From Spongospora subterranea f. sp. subterranea (lineage: Eukaryota): 64,000 nt of DNA. The translations under genes were made by a program, and so were the position numbers. The stretch's first letter is position 1; the number at the start of each line of letters is the position of its first letter. A model generated the notes under the pieces. It was not told the origin of the DNA. It made no database searches and worked only from the letters and a program-made list of their open reading frames with translations. Below, piece by piece: positions 23,458 through 36,890 of the stretch. Where the stretch lies: positions 124,001 to 188,000 of the forward strand of contig JAUGWO010000107.1 of the NCBI GenBank assembly GCA_049724395.1, written 5' to 3'.

Positions 23458-24620
23458 CTAGAACGACTGAAAAAATAAAATATATTCAAAGAAGTTAATC
23501 ACTTGATATTTTGAAGCACTCAAGTTTATCCATCTTCGTAGATCAATGGCACAAATGTCGGATCCGAAATTGAAGATGACAGAGCGACACTGCTGGCGAT
23601 TGTTCAACAACAATTCGATTTTGTGTATTCGAGGCAAAGTGACGCGTGTGGGATCAGTGGGCCGGATTCGTTCATGATTTAACCATAACGCAAACGTCGC
23701 CACAAACCGCTTGTTGGCGCTAAAATCAGACGCATCTAACTCTCGATTCAATGTGATCCATTGGGATGGAGCACGAACTGAGCCGACAATGAAATCAATA
23801 CATGCAACGATAATGCTCAAAACATTGCTGCGTCGGATCAATACAATCTGCCAGGGAATCGACGATACTCACGTTGGCAGTTTAACCCAGAGCCAGATGC
23901 CGGTAAAGCGCTGCCCAAAAACGCTGACTAGGTGTTAACAAATGGATAAAATGGTGAAGAGTGCAATTGTATGAATGTACTTGTATTAATTCATCCTTGT
24001 GTTCTCTTGGCAGAATTATAACTACAGTATTCAGCAATGCTGACCAAAAGGAAAAAATTCTAGGTTGATAAGTTTTTGTGACATTGGCAGTTAGAGCTAT
24101 GTCAACAGCAATCCGTTAAAGGTTTTCTTGTGAAGTATAGGTCGTGGCTTCATTGAGAGGTTGATCCATAGAGCGATTGGTTGTGCTTATTATTCTCATC
24201 TTGAAGCTTTGGCGACTCGACCAATTCACTTAATGTTGAAATCTTGATGAGTCACCTTTAGTCAAAAATACGACAAATTCTGCAACGTTTACAATGATGC
24301 TGATGGCTGTTATCAACGAATATGTTGCAATGCTGAATTCATTGGATTCTTCACACTAAATGGCAAGAGCCTATGCAAAATACATTTATATGTATGGTTT
24401 GTATTTTCGATTATTCTGCGTTCTGAAGCCTTCCAATTCATCCGGATCGCATCTAAATTTTGAAGCAATCAAATTAGAGCGATATACAACGAACGCATTG
24501 TCATACATTGGCGCTTTTCGAACCGGTTTTCTCAACCAGGACATATCAACATCGTAGGCGTACCTATGAGTTAACAGATTATAACTCATTCTTTTCAACT
24601 TCAGATAATAGCCTACCCGC
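23458..24620 (-). CDS. Multi-exon hypothetical protein
   Basis: Minus-strand ORF fragments 23458-23841 and 24386-24622 with intron-like breaks. 5' end uncertain. Confidence 0.4.
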
Positions 24621-24763
24621 ATTCGATCAGCCGCTTGTATCCGGTCTCTGAAATGGGTCCGATTTTTGGAGCTGACTGAGAATGTTGCATGATTTTGAGG
24701 TTCGCCGAAGATGACGTTCTCAAGACAACCTTCGGAGATGACTGCACCGCCACCGTACTGCTG

Positions 24764-26643
24764 TTATGCTTTAACCTGGCAAGATGACGGCGACGAGTCG
24801 GCTGGGAGATCTCTTCGTCCGATTCCTCTGCAAGTAAGAGTGACTAAGAGTCTGCAATCGATGTTATTGTTGCTCATAGATTGTTTACCATATCCAGGTT
24901 CGGATATTTTAACGGTTGTTTTGATGTGGTGAAGGGGTGCATGTCGGAGCGGTTTTTCGATCTTCTCTGGCATTTTCAAGCCGAACTCGCGCATTAGTGT
25001 TTGAGGATTGAACTGGCCTGCCATTTTTATGGCTTCAACCTTATGGGATAGATTTTCTTTTTGTCGTCGCGCATCCATTGCCAATCTGCGTCTAAACTGG
25101 GGTTTGAGTCAAGCTGAAAACGATGCCAACTACAACCACGCACCGTTCGGCAATAATTTTAACTGCCTTTTCTTTCATGCGTTCTGTAATTTTGTTCTCA
25201 GCGTCAATTTGCTCCTGAACCTTTTTACACTTATAGTCGTGAGCCCGTTGTTGTCGCTGTATTGCCTCAATACGATCCATCCTTTGCATTCGTTCATGTT
25301 CTTTGATGCGCTGTGCTTCCCGTTCCCTTTGACGATGCAGCTCAATTTGTCGTTGCTGCAATTTTAATTCCTACAGATATTTCCACTAAGTGTCCAATTT
25401 CATCAAAGTTAAGCGCATAACCTTGTCAGCAAAAGCGCGTTTGCGCATCTCGTACTTCTCACTGTTAGCTTTCAATGCTGCATGAATTTTCTTCATGTGG
25501 TTTTGACTTTCTTCTAACGATTTTTGAATCTCTGCATTCCTGTAGCTGTTTCGAACTTGGCACGGCGACGTTCAACTTTGGCCGCCCGCTTCTCGAACAG
25601 GACCTTTTTCGCTTCAATACTGGCTCGTTCCTTCTCTTTGACATTTAGGACCCGCTGCTTTAATGCCTCAGATTGAAGTCGATGTTGTTCCGTTTCCTCT
25701 TCCCTACGCTTTGCGAGAACAGCCATTCTCTCTGCCTCACGTTGCTCTAGGGTCAATTCTCGTTCATGAGCAATTTGTTCTTGTTCTTCCTGTAATCATA
25801 GACATCTCATTATAGCCATATTGAACCTCATTTATTCCAAACCTGCATCTTCAGTAATTGCACTTCTCGCTCCTCTTGCCGACGACGTCTCTCCATTTCC
25901 TTCTTGACAGCAATTGCTCTCCTGCGTCGCTGTTCTGCTTGGTCTTTTTCCTTGAGCCTTTGCGCTTCAACGAACTGCTTCTGTGCCACTTCCTCTGTAG
26001 TAATGAAAACGTTAAGATATTGCCTAAGAAATCAGTTTTCCGACCTTGGCGCTTGAGTTCCTGAAGTTCATCTTGGTACCTCTGCTCCTCTTCCGAAAAG
26101 GTGTTAATCCAATTCCAATCCAGTGATGACAGACACACCTTTGGTCTTTCTTTGACGCTCCCATTCCCTAGCTCTTTCAGCTTTCTCCCTTTGCCGAGTC
26201 TCTTCAATCATGTTTTCCCGATAGCGTTTAGCCTCATTCGCAACAGCGATTTCCTGCATTTTGATTTCGAACTCTAGGAACTGCTGGAATTCCAGTTTTT
26301 GGGCTTCTTCAAGCTTTTTAAGTCGCGCCTGTTCCCGAGCAATGATGTCGCCCGCCGTATTTCGTTCCTGATAATCTGTAGCGGCCCCAGATTTTTGCAT
26401 TGCCTTTCGCATTGCTTCTCTACGAGAGTTCTCGATCAACTTTTCTCGTGTCAGCGATATTTCGTGCATGAGCACTTCGCGTTTGCGGTCATAGGCTTCC
26501 ATTCGTTGAACTTGAAAGTCCATTAACAAATGCTCTTCAGCAAAACTGGAAAGGGGACGATCCGAAATTTCTGCAGGGAGTACTCCAAGTATTCGCATGG
26601 CTTCTTGTGTCCTGGGCGAATCCATCTCTAATGTATGCGGCAT
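24764..26643 (-). CDS. Long E/R/K/Q-rich coiled-coil protein, possibly flagellar-associated
   Basis: MPHTLEMDSPRTQEAMRILGVLPAEI.. followed by charged heptad-rich exons. 3' end approximate. Confidence 0.7.
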
Positions 26644-27222
26644 TTTAGCCAACTTCTGATTCTCTTGGCAAAACTTGGCAGAACAAAAGAAAATTATGCC
26701 ATGCTTGAGAATCGGCACGCGAACAGATATTCCGCCATTTAGCAAAAAATGCGGTTCCCCGAGAATATACTGCCATCGGCAACATGATTATGCAAAAAAC
26801 TATTCACATCTGGACGGAAAAGTGAGGAATTACAGCAATCATGACTCAGAATATATCCCATCTGTAAATGATCGAGAACAGGATTCTGGATAGTGCATTG
26901 GCAAACCCGTCTTAATAGTTTAATGATCACGATTAGTATAGAGTATATGGGGGAATTACTACACCATGAGATGATGACTCGACCCCATATCTATAAATGT
27001 CCACTGGTTCCGTAGGAGCCCCACACATACTGACACACCCGACGCCCCACTCCCCACCAGTCTGCAGTACAGCGGTACCCCCCCCTTCCCCGGGTATCAC
27101 AGTGTAGAGACAATCCCTGTTTAGGGGAGGGGAGGTGGGGCAGCCCACTGCCAATAGCCATAACCCCCTATATAGGTAGTCAACGGTTGGCATCGCCAAT
27201 TGCCATCCGACACCTTTAGGAA

Positions 27223-29357
27223 ATGGCGGATTGTGAGATGCTAGAGGGACTGCGATCGCTCATAGATTCGAGCCAGAACTTGCATCAATTACAACAGCAT
27301 TGTGATAGACTGCAAAAGACGTTGCAACAGCGGCTTGCTGAAGCTGAAGCCGGGGATACCGCTGTCCTTGAAGCGGCACTGCTATTAGCTACAGCGAATG
27401 ACAGGTTAAGAGCGAGACTATCCCAGTACTACGAAGATAAGAGATTGCACATGGTCAAAAATATTATCGGGTTTCTCTCTCTGTTATTTCTAAGAGGATC
27501 GATCGTTTTAGATTCGCAATGCTAGAATGAAACATGATACATCGTCATTTGTGCACTTAGAGAATGCATTCCAATGCGATTGGTTTTCTACTATACGTCC
27601 CACATTGTCCAGTACGGATGACGGATCTATGCCGAATCAACTCTCAGAATCCGGTATTGATCGGACTGTGCAAGGGTGGAATTTCGACAAATCAATGGCT
27701 GACGACATTGTAATTGGGATTGCAACAAGTTAAAGTTTGTTAAACTCTACCTTGTAGGTCGATGTGTTGAATGCATCTTTTTTTCACGCCCAACCACATG
27801 TAAGCAATCCCGATTATCTTCCTGGGATTGCCGGGCAAGCTTCTACGCATCCTTCTGTTTTGAAAACATCAACTACACCGTCACACTTCGATTACGGATT
27901 CTCAACCACTCAACAACCTTATTCGTTTGATTTTGAGCCTGAGGCGTCAATTACGGTTGTGTCCACAGCATGTTCATTTGCTGGCAATGACCAAATCCGA
28001 TGCGGTACGCTCCGCAAATTGGTGGAGCGGTTAACCGACGACCGCTTACAAGACTTGAACTTGAGATATGTGTTTCTGCTTACATATCATTCATTTACCA
28101 ATGCGCGGACTCTCTTTCAAATCCTCGTAGAAAGATATTTCATACCTTGTCCTCCAAACTCAACGCCAAACGAGATTGAATATTTTCAAAAGTGTAAGTT
28201 CGTCTCTTTCTCAGTCTGGTAAATAAGCTTTGACGGTTTGTCACAGTTCGCCAAAAGGGTATCCGCTTGAAAGTATTTAGTGTAATCAAAAAATGGGTTG
28301 AAGATCATTGGAGCGATTTTGAACAAGACGAAGAGTTAAAAAGAGACCTTTCAAAAGAGTTGACGACTCGCTTATCGGTAAACTGCTCGAGTTTTCCTCT
28401 CACCTTGCAGTGTTCCACCACTTACTTTTATGCAGGGTGAGACATGGTCGCGTAAATTATCTGCCACCATTTTAAACGTAATGCATAAACAATCGGCAGG
28501 ATGCACACGTCATACTCCTTTGATGTTCGCTCATTTGTCTCCTCCAACCGAGATAAGAACTTCAGTAACTCTAAAAGAAGTCGAATCTAGACTCGTAGAA
28601 GTATCACCGCTTGAGATGGCCCGCCAGCTGTGTCTAACAGATTTCGAAATTTTTCGCCAAATTCATTCTCGGGAATGCCTAAATCAGGTTTGTTGATTGC
28701 ATATTTGATCATTTCTATATATGAACCGGAAATCGTGTAAAGGCATGGTCAAAACCGGATCGTAATGTACAAGCGGCGAATATAATGCGCATGATCAAAC
28801 GCTTCAACCTTGTTTCTCAGTGGACCCAATGGGCAATTCTGTCAGCCTCCAGCAAATCCCAGCGACAATTGCTTCTGCGCCATATGATTCGAATCGGGGA
28901 ACATTGCCTTTCACTGAATAATTTTTCATCTGCATGTGCAATATTTGCAGGATTGGAATCCACCCCTATCCATAGGCTTCGGAAGTTGTTCGACCAGCTT
29001 CCCGCGAAAGTTCAGAAAAACTTTGACACGTTGCAGAACCTTTTCAAATCGGATTCCAAGACTAAAACACGCTTCAGAACCGTTCTGCAAGAAGCAATAC
29101 CACCTTGTATACCACATTTGGGACTTTTCCTGTCCGATCTAACTTTCATAGAGGATGGCAATCCCGACCTGCTTGATGGTATGATCAACTTCCTCAAAAG
29201 AAGGAAACTGAGTGAACGGATAATGTGGATCAAACAGTATCAGCAAATCGGCTATCAGCTTGACAAGGTACAGGCAATTCAAGAATATTTCGGAAAACAT
29301 CTAGTCTCACGCTGCGAAGACGAGCTCTGGAAGTTAAGCAAGTCTATTCAGCCGTGA
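27223..29357 (+). CDS. Ras guanine nucleotide exchange factor (REM + CDC25 domains)
   Basis: IRCGTLRKLVERLT..FLLTYHSFT (REM); VIKKWVEDHWSDF; PLEMARQLCL.DFEIF; IKRFN.VSQW; LNNFSSA.AIFAGL; PPCIPHLGLFLSDLTFIEDGNPD..INFLKRR. Confidence 0.95.
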
Positions 29358-29693
29358 TCGGCAACACATTTACCGTCGCCTAATAGTTAATATTTTTATC
29401 AAAACAGAATATACTATGTATTGTTTAGTTTATACTGACGAAAACTTACCAACCGGTCACGACTCTACGTGGGTGTGAATCACTATCATGACAAGAAATG
29501 ACGCTGCAACCGATGATTCAACTTGTTAACAGCCAGCAATCAATGTAAAACCATGATTCATCTGGAGGCAGATTCGTATGCAGTTGCAGCCTTCCGGATT
29601 CTTTAATGTCATTTGTTTTACCGTCATTAAGACGCAACGCCATAAGGGTTGGTCTGTTGAAACCATAAGGTTAGATTTGTACGGGCGAAAACG

Positions 29694-30911
29694 ATGCTCT
29701 CCATACTTCTTTTAGTGCTGCTGAGCCAATCCGTCATGGGCGACTACGATTTGGTTGGTGTCGTTCCTCAAAATACGAAATTTGTCGTCAAATGCGACCA
29801 AGGCTTAATCTCCAAGGTTACTTTCGCGTTATATGGGGCAATTGCTCGGAACTGCAGCGCCCCTTCTACCAAGACTATTTTAGAACAGCTATGTGTTGGA
29901 AAAGGAGCATGTAATGTCTCAGTGACAGATCATGTCTTTAATGCGAATCGGTGCCCTGGGCAACCTAAGACGTTGTTCGCACAGTTGACCTGTTCTGGTG
30001 GTCGAACGGTGTTGACATTGGATGTTTTGAAGAAGCTGGCTCTTAACACCAGATCTAATATTCCAGTGGATCAATTGGAAGCCCAATTTCGCGCTTGCGA
30101 TAAAAATAAGGACCAAGTTCTTGTGGGAAGCGAAATTAAACAGCTGGTCACGTTGTTGAAAAGTCAGAAAGGCACCAAAGGCGGTCAAGAACCAAAAAAA
30201 ACTGAGGCAGAGAAACTCGGCGATGATGCTGACAAGGATTTATTGATTAAGATGGCGATGCAGTATTCGAACGCTATGAGCAACCTCACTTCTCCTGGTG
30301 TCGTACAAAATGGGACCAACCGGAGCAATTCCTCATCTTTGCCAGAAAATCCTCCGGCGGTTTTGCCCGCCTTACGAGTTACCGATATCTTCAAAACCAA
30401 CGCCACCAAGGCGATTGATGACCTCGATCGTCTGATACAGACATTGACTGCGTTGTCAGTTGAAGCTAAAGGGGTGTTCAAGGTCGGACCTTCGATCAGC
30501 CAAACTGATAATGTCAACGGAAGCATCCCAGATCTGAGATCTCGCTTTAATGCGACGAAGTCTACAGATTTTCGGCTAAAACCTGCTGAAGATGAATCAG
30601 CGAGGCAGGTCATTTACATCCCGAGCTCCCAAAGCCGAACATTAGCATGTCCTACTAATATAACCAGTCTCGATTTCGCCACCTATTGGTGGCCACAAGG
30701 ACCTGGAGACAAATCTACCTTTAAAGACAATGTGAACTGCACTCGGAGTGAACAATCGGCACTGGTATCAATACGTCAACAGTGCCTAGGAAAAAAGGAG
30801 TGTCAGGTTTCCAACACCCCATCACAACAAGATGATTGCCCTGGAGCGACTAAACAGATATCGATTGCAATGGAATGTCAGAAACCAACTCACACACGCA
30901 CCAAGAAATAA
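29694..30911 (+). CDS. Secreted intronless protein with two SUEL/Gal-lectin domains and a central EF-hand
   Basis: Signal peptide MLSILLLVLLSQSVMG. C..ISKVTFALYG..C..CVGKGACNVSV..F...CPG.PK.L....C. EF-hand-like FRACDKNKDQVLVGSEI. Second lectin-like ITSLDFATY..C..CLGKKECQV..DCPGATK. Confidence 0.8.
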   Translation: MLSILLLVLLSQSVMGDYDLVGVVPQNTKFVVKCDQGLISKVTFALYGAIARNCSAPSTKTILEQLCVGKGACNVSVTDHVFNANRCPGQPKTLFAQLTCSGGRTVLTLDVLKKLALNTRSNIPVDQLEAQFRACDKNKDQVLVGSEIKQLVTLLKSQKGTKGGQEPKKTEAEKLGDDADKDLLIKMAMQYSNAMSNLTSPGVVQNGTNRSNSSSLPENPPAVLPALRVTDIFKTNATKAIDDLDRLIQTLTALSVEAKGVFKVGPSISQTDNVNGSIPDLRSRFNATKSTDFRLKPAEDESARQVIYIPSSQSRTLACPTNITSLDFATYWWPQGPGDKSTFKDNVNCTRSEQSALVSIRQQCLGKKECQVSNTPSQQDDCPGATKQISIAMECQKPTHTRTKK

Positions 30912-31019
30912 GATAAACTGTACAGGCAATGTATTATTCTAATAAAGGGAGCATATTGCAAGTTTATCAGTTTGTTAGAACATTGCCAATGCTGGGAGAG
31001 GCATAAACCATGCGAAAGC

Positions 31020-32206
31020 TTAGAAACATTTGCGGTGGACAATGGCAGGGCCTGCTTCATCGTACTCGTCTTTGCTAATCCACATCTGTTGGAACGTCGA
31101 CAATGATGACAAAATCGAACCTCCAATCCAGACGGAGTATTTACGCTCAGGGGGAGCAACAACCTTGACCCGGATGGATGAAGGTGCCAATGCGGTGACT
31201 TCCTTGTTGATACGGTCAGCAATTCCGTCAAACATAGTGGTACCTCCGGATAAGACAATGTTTCCGTAAAGATCCTTACGGATATCAACATCACATTTCA
31301 TGATTGACTGGTATGTCAACTGATGAATACCTTCCTGTTCGAGACCAATGAGGGAAGGTTGGAAGAGAACCTCAGGGCATCGGAACCGTTCGTTGCCAAC
31401 AGTGATAATCTGTCCATCTGGCAACTCGTATTGCTTCTCAACCTCTGACGATTGCTCGGAGTTGCCCAATTCGGTATCAAAGTCCAGGGCTGTGTAAGCG
31501 AGCTTTTCCTTGATATCCCTGACAATTTCTCGCTCAGCCGTGGTGGTGAACGAGTAACCACGCTCAGTAAGAATTTTCATCAGGTAGTCAGTCAAGTCAC
31601 GACCAGCAAGGTCGAGACGAAGAATAGCGTGAGGTAAAGCATATCCTTCATAGATGGGAACAGTGTGGGATACACCATCACCGCAATCTAAGACGATACC
31701 TGTGGTACGACCGGAAGCGTAAAGCGAAAGAACGGCCTGAATAGCGACATACATGGCAGGGGTGTTGAATGTTTCAAACATGATTTGAGTCATCTTTTCC
31801 CGGTTGGCCTTTGGGTTTAGCGGGGCTTCAGTCAACAAAACTGGGTGCTCTTCGGGTGCAACACGAAGTTCGTTGTAGAAAGTGTGATGCCAGATCTTCT
31901 CCATATCGTCCCAGTTGGTTACAATACCGTGCTCAATTGGGTATTTCAGTGTCAAAATACCGCGTTTGGCTTGGGCTTCATCACCGACGTACGCGTCTTT
32001 TTGTGTCGCTCCGACCATGATACCGCAATGACGAGGGCGTCCAACAATGGAAGGGAACACCGCTCGTGGAGCGTCATCACCAGCGAACCCGGCCTTGACC
32101 ATACCAGATCCTGTGCATGACAAACATTAGAAACCTGCAGTGCGATGACGTGGAAGTAGGAAGAACCATTGTCAACGACTAGGGCCTGAACTTCTTCGTC
32201 ACACAT
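31020..32206 (-). CDS. ACT: Actin (conventional), one 56-nt intron (32111-32166)
   Basis: [34 protein letters not shown]...IVHRKCF. Confidence 0.99.
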
Positions 32207-32831
32207 CTTGCTTCGATTAACACTCGTACGACTCGCGACACACACGAAATATAGACACTCGAAGAATGAACCGGATATCAATGTTCGGACTATTTTGGGA
32301 CTGGCGCACGATCTTCACACAGTCATATATAACTCAGCACCTCGGATTCTCAAGTTTACCACTAGGTTATCAATAAATCCGAGCCAATACTGCGTCAATT
32401 AGACAAACTTATGTGGATGGCCGCCCCTGTTGCCCGTCAGACAGTGGTGTCCGTGTACCCATGGGTGGAGGCTACAGTGACCCTCTGGGTTAGTGCGTGG
32501 CCCAAGTCACGTCGCCCGCCGTCCACTGGCACGTTTGGCAGTCATTTGGCCCAGGATCAGGTCCTGGGTTGAGATGAGCTCTGAAAACTACTTTGTTGGA
32601 GAGAATGACACACAAGATGCACATATAAGAAACGATGATGTCATTTTTCAATTGTTATCAATAAAACAAAGGGTCTCACAGATGAGAAGTAATTTGATAC
32701 ACGAAGATTGATCCTCTGCTATATGTTGGCTTATTTGCCCAAAAACGAAAATGACTCAGTAAACGACTTTATTAATGTGATATAATTTGCAAGATTGACA
32801 ATACAATGCACCATACTGATAGCACGAAAAG

Positions 32832-33305
32832 TTAAACTGTTGCGCTGCATGTAGGATTGAATGTTGATGCTATTAATCCAACACTCTTATCATCGCTGCA
32901 CCACCATGAGTAAGACAATCCCTCAATATAAAAACTATCAGTAATGTACCTGCGATTCTCCTCAATTCTGGGAAGCTTAAACTCAGAGGTTAAATGTTGC
33001 ACAATGCCTTTGAACGAAAAAGGCTCGGTTTGGCAGACTTGTGCTAGGATTTTCCTGTCGAGTTCGATAGGAGACTGATTTAGAGCATTGATAAAATGGC
33101 CGTACTTGACACCATATAGTCGAGCACCGGCATTTATTTGTTGGATCCACAGAGTTCGCATGTTGCGCTTACGGAGGCGCCTTCCGACATAAGCATACTG
33201 TAGCGCTTTCTCAACCCTAGGCTTGGCGATGGTGTAGCAATTCTTCGAACGGCCTCGAAATCCTTTGGCCAAGTCCAGAATCTTCTTCACTCTAGGTCTG
33301 GTCAT
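32832..33305 (-). CDS. MRPL20: Organellar (mitochondrial) ribosomal protein L20 / bL20
   Basis: KKILDLAKGFRGRSKNCYTIAKPRVEKALQYAYVGRRLRKRNMRTLWIQQINAG..LDRKILA...EP.SF. Confidence 0.93.
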   Translation of the reverse strand: MTRPRVKKILDLAKGFRGRSKNCYTIAKPRVEKALQYAYVGRRLRKRNMRTLWIQQINAGARLYGVKYGHFINALNQSPIELDRKILAQVCQTEPFSFKGIVQHLTSEFKLPRIEENRRYITDSFYIEGLSYSWWCSDDKSVGLIASTFNPTCSATV

Positions 33306-33463
33306 TTCTAGCTGATTGCAGATGCTCGAGAAAACCCCGTCAATCACAGTTAGTCCGCTCAGGAGTCCGTTCAATGAAAACGTCAAGGTAAATTTCTCAA
33401 TATTCAATCAGATAATTACTGGCCATGCCATATTTGATTGACGATTTTATAGAAAGGTGATGA

Positions 33464-34461
33464 TTACATTTCATTTCCATATTTATTCAACCGATCAATG
33501 AGGTCCTGTCTGGTTATCGGCGACCTCGCAGAAATTACTCGCGATTGAAAACCGGATTTGCGAGAAGAAGCGGTTTTATGTTTATGAAACCTTCGGTTTG
33601 ACCAATGTGACTTTCTTGCTGAACCAGTAGACTGAGATTTGATTATCCGTTCTTTTCTTTGGGGAGTTTCCAAGAAATTTCTTTTGTCCCTGTAATCGTT
33701 CAGTCAAATGCAGTCGAAAGAAGTTATAATACCATTCTGCTTCTAGAATTGTTTGCTGCGTTGATTCTTGTCTCGCCATATCTGAATTTCTCTGCGGTTT
33801 GTCGTCATTTGGCAAACACTGGTAAGTATGATTGTTAGGATGCGCGGGGCCATTGACAATGTGGAGCGACTGTTCAATGATATCAACCCTTGCAGCAGGG
33901 TTCTGTCCAGCAAAAGGAACTTGATTCGAGATGTGACACGGTTGAATAAACTCTAAACTGGTACTCGTCTCAAAGCATAAACTAAGAGGTATCTCCTCCT
34001 CAGATTCAAGTGTCAGATCAATAACAGGAACATTCGACGGCACATCATCGCCTAACAGAACCTTTGCTTGCTGCCGGCCATTACTTCCAGGTGCAGGGAG
34101 AGAAGATCTCTCTGCAGGTGAAAAAACGGCATAATTTCCGTTAGAATGGACAGAAGTGCACTCGATACCAGATTGCCGCATCGCTCTACCATTAGGTGAA
34201 AGAATTAACTGTGGAGATGAGTGCCTATCCAATAGCTTTTCCGAGGTAAGAATGTTATTCAGTTCAACACCTGGTGGACACCTGACTTCCCAATCTATAA
34301 GAAAACCTGACTAAATACATTCAATTTATTACATAGCATCGATCACCTTGTGACATCACATTATGAATTTGATGATTTTCCTTTTGCGGATCATCAAGCC
34401 CAATGAACTTCGGTCGAAACTGAACAGATCTTCTTCCAGACCCATCAATGGCATGGCTCAT
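33464..34461 (-). CDS. Low-complexity hypothetical protein
   Basis: 216-aa ORF 33582-34232 linked upstream by GT-AG introns. Contains a SIM-like PVIDLTLESEEE. Ends uncertain. Confidence 0.45.
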
Positions 34462-34969
34462 TGTCGCCAAATGTTAACTTCGCAGTTTGTTTCCCGAGAT
34501 TAAACTTGATCAATCCGGTCCGACAGCTCTGCCCGAAATCACTGACTGTACCAAGTCGACAAGGGGGTTACCTTGTGATGTGATCATTTGTGACACAGGG
34601 TATGACACTGTTTCACATTGCGAATAATGATGTGATTTGAGACAATGTGCTGGGCGCTTTCTTCTTTCAGAGTTGAGTCAGCTAAGGAATACGATTGGGG
34701 AAAATCAACATGAACTGAGACGTTCAAAGCCAGAAAAAATCTTAGAATGTACTTGTATTCTAGGGTGTTTAGCAATGGGTCAAGTGATTGCATCAGTTTG
34801 GTCAGAAAGACTTCTAGGCAACCGGATTTGGCAGTTTTTGTGAAAGTGCTTCGGTTTACACATGTTATTGGGAAGATGAGTGAAAAGACAGTCTACGGAG
34901 TCCGAACATTCAGTGATCATAGTCCGGATTCTCGATAGATATTCGATCTGCGACTGAAGGCGACTTTGG

Positions 34970-35957
34970 ATGACCATGATGGAAGAGGACGAACTATCGA
35001 CGCAGGATCTAAGATGCCGAATGTACGAGGAGAAATACCCAGAAATTGACCAGACCGTCATGGTTCAGGTCAAGAGTATTGCTGAAATGGGTGCCTATGT
35101 GTCGCTTCTGGAGTATGATGGTGTTGAAGGCATGATCCTCTTGTCGGAGCTTTCCCGTCGCCGAATCAGGTCTGTTAACAAGCTCATTCGAGTGGGTCGA
35201 ACGGAGGCTGTTGTGGTGCTCCGTGTGGACAAAGAAAAGGGATATATCGATCTGTCTAAACGTCGTGTGACGCCCGAAGACATAGAAAAACTCGAGCTCA
35301 AGTGGAACAAATCGAAAACCGTTCATTCAATCATGCGACAGGTGTCATCTAAAGTCCATATGCCGATCGAGGAATTACAGCGATTAGTAGCCTGGCCCTT
35401 ATACAAGAAATACGTCCACGCGTACAACGCGTTCAAAGTCGCGGTTACAGATCCAGATTCGGTCTTCTCGGATCTTGACATTTCGCCCAATGTACGAGCG
35501 GAACTCATGAAACAGATTGAGCGCCGCCTAACACCACAAGCTGTGAAAGTCAGGGCTGATGTTGAAGTAACGTGCTTCAAATATGAAGGTTCGTGTTTCT
35601 GTTTTGATAGTCGTAGACATTCTCAGTCTTGTTTCAGGTATTGATGCAGTCAAAGATGCGTTGGGAGAAGGTTTAAAGCTGACATCAGAAGAATTCCCCT
35701 TATCGATCAAGTTAATCGCTCCTCCTTTGTATGTCATATCGACAGTTTCCCTTGATAAAGAGGAAGGCATTGCTCGATTGAAAGCGGCTTGCGATGCCAT
35801 CGGCCAGCGTATATCACGTCACGGCGGGGACTTCAACATCAAGCAGGAAGCGCGAGCAGTCACCGAAAAGGATGAGAAGATGCTGGCGTCACAGCTCGAA
35901 GCTTACGAAATGCAAAATCGTCAAGTTGATGGCGATGATGATATTGATGCGGAATGA
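34970..35957 (+). CDS. EIF2S1: Translation initiation factor eIF2 alpha, one intron (~35589-35637)
   Basis: [42 protein letters not shown] (Ser51 loop)..[23 protein letters not shown]. Confidence 0.98.
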
Positions 35958-36058
35958 ATAATTCGATAAACCAACCTGAATATTACGCCTCGATAATGTG
36001 CATTACAAACTTCTAAATTATAACGCTTTTGTTGCAAACTAACTGGATTCTAGATGCG

Positions 36059-36504
36059 ATGCTTCAGAAGCTAAATGAGTTTTTGCCAAAGAGCAATGAT
36101 TTCGGAAAGTTCAGTTTTGCAACGCCTCGATTGAAGGTTCAGCCGGTGTTCTTCATTTACAACCAATTTCAGAAGTTCGACATCATCAAGAAAGGGCGTG
36201 TTTAGTTATCAATGGTCTTTGAAAACTTGTCTCAAAAAAACATACACTATTCTTGGTTGATACAAAATTACTATGGCATTTTGCCTGACAATTCGGGTAA
36301 TTTTCGTCAAATAAATGGTGTTCTGAGGGGAATCTTGCAGCACATACAGTTCAGAAGAAGCCTGGGATCATCTGGAGAAATTCCCCACTGCCTTGATGTG
36401 GAGCGATTGAGAACCAGCTACCTAGATGCACAACATGGAGAATGTAAGGTTTAGCAACTTCCAGACCTCGGTTTATTTGTCTCAAGACAGCATCGCTGCA
36501 TTAG
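36059..36504 (+). CDS. Possible small multi-exon protein (EF-hand-like FQKFDIIKKG)
   Basis: Short exons bounded by GT-AG, with a frame break near 36200. Weak support. Confidence 0.25.
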
Positions 36505-36890
36505 CCTACTGACTCAGCATCTTGTGCATGCATCCGTCATGCAAAAGATGCTACGTCGTACCTCATCAAACAAGTGTTTGTATTTCACACTTCTCAAAAT
36601 GTTGCCGTTTTTTATTTCGCAAAAGAACTGACCCCAAATTTCAAATTCTCGTTGTTGTTTAGTTGTATCCAAGACAAATTCAATGTCAAATCAGACAATT
36701 AAAATTGATGGATACCAAAAAATTCCTTACGAGAAACCGAGAAACCGTCGGATAGACAGACCCTTTGAACATGGCGAAAATATACTGTCAATGAGCCAAT
36801 GACGGCTGAAGGAGTACAGAGCAGCCCGTCACAGGGCCTGTGTTAAAAGACTATGATATAGGGAGGGGGCCAAGGAAAACCGAAGCTGTA

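Noticed and set aside
31030..32120. Plus-strand ORFs antisense to actin, and similar shadow ORFs over eIF2alpha, CysRS and NECAP
   Set aside because: Antisense shadows of strongly conserved genes with no independent coding signal.
32521..32570. Resemblance to U4 snRNA 3' region or SRP helix 8
   Set aside because: Lacks U6-pairing segments, a canonical Sm site and the SRP GNRA/AGCAG motif.
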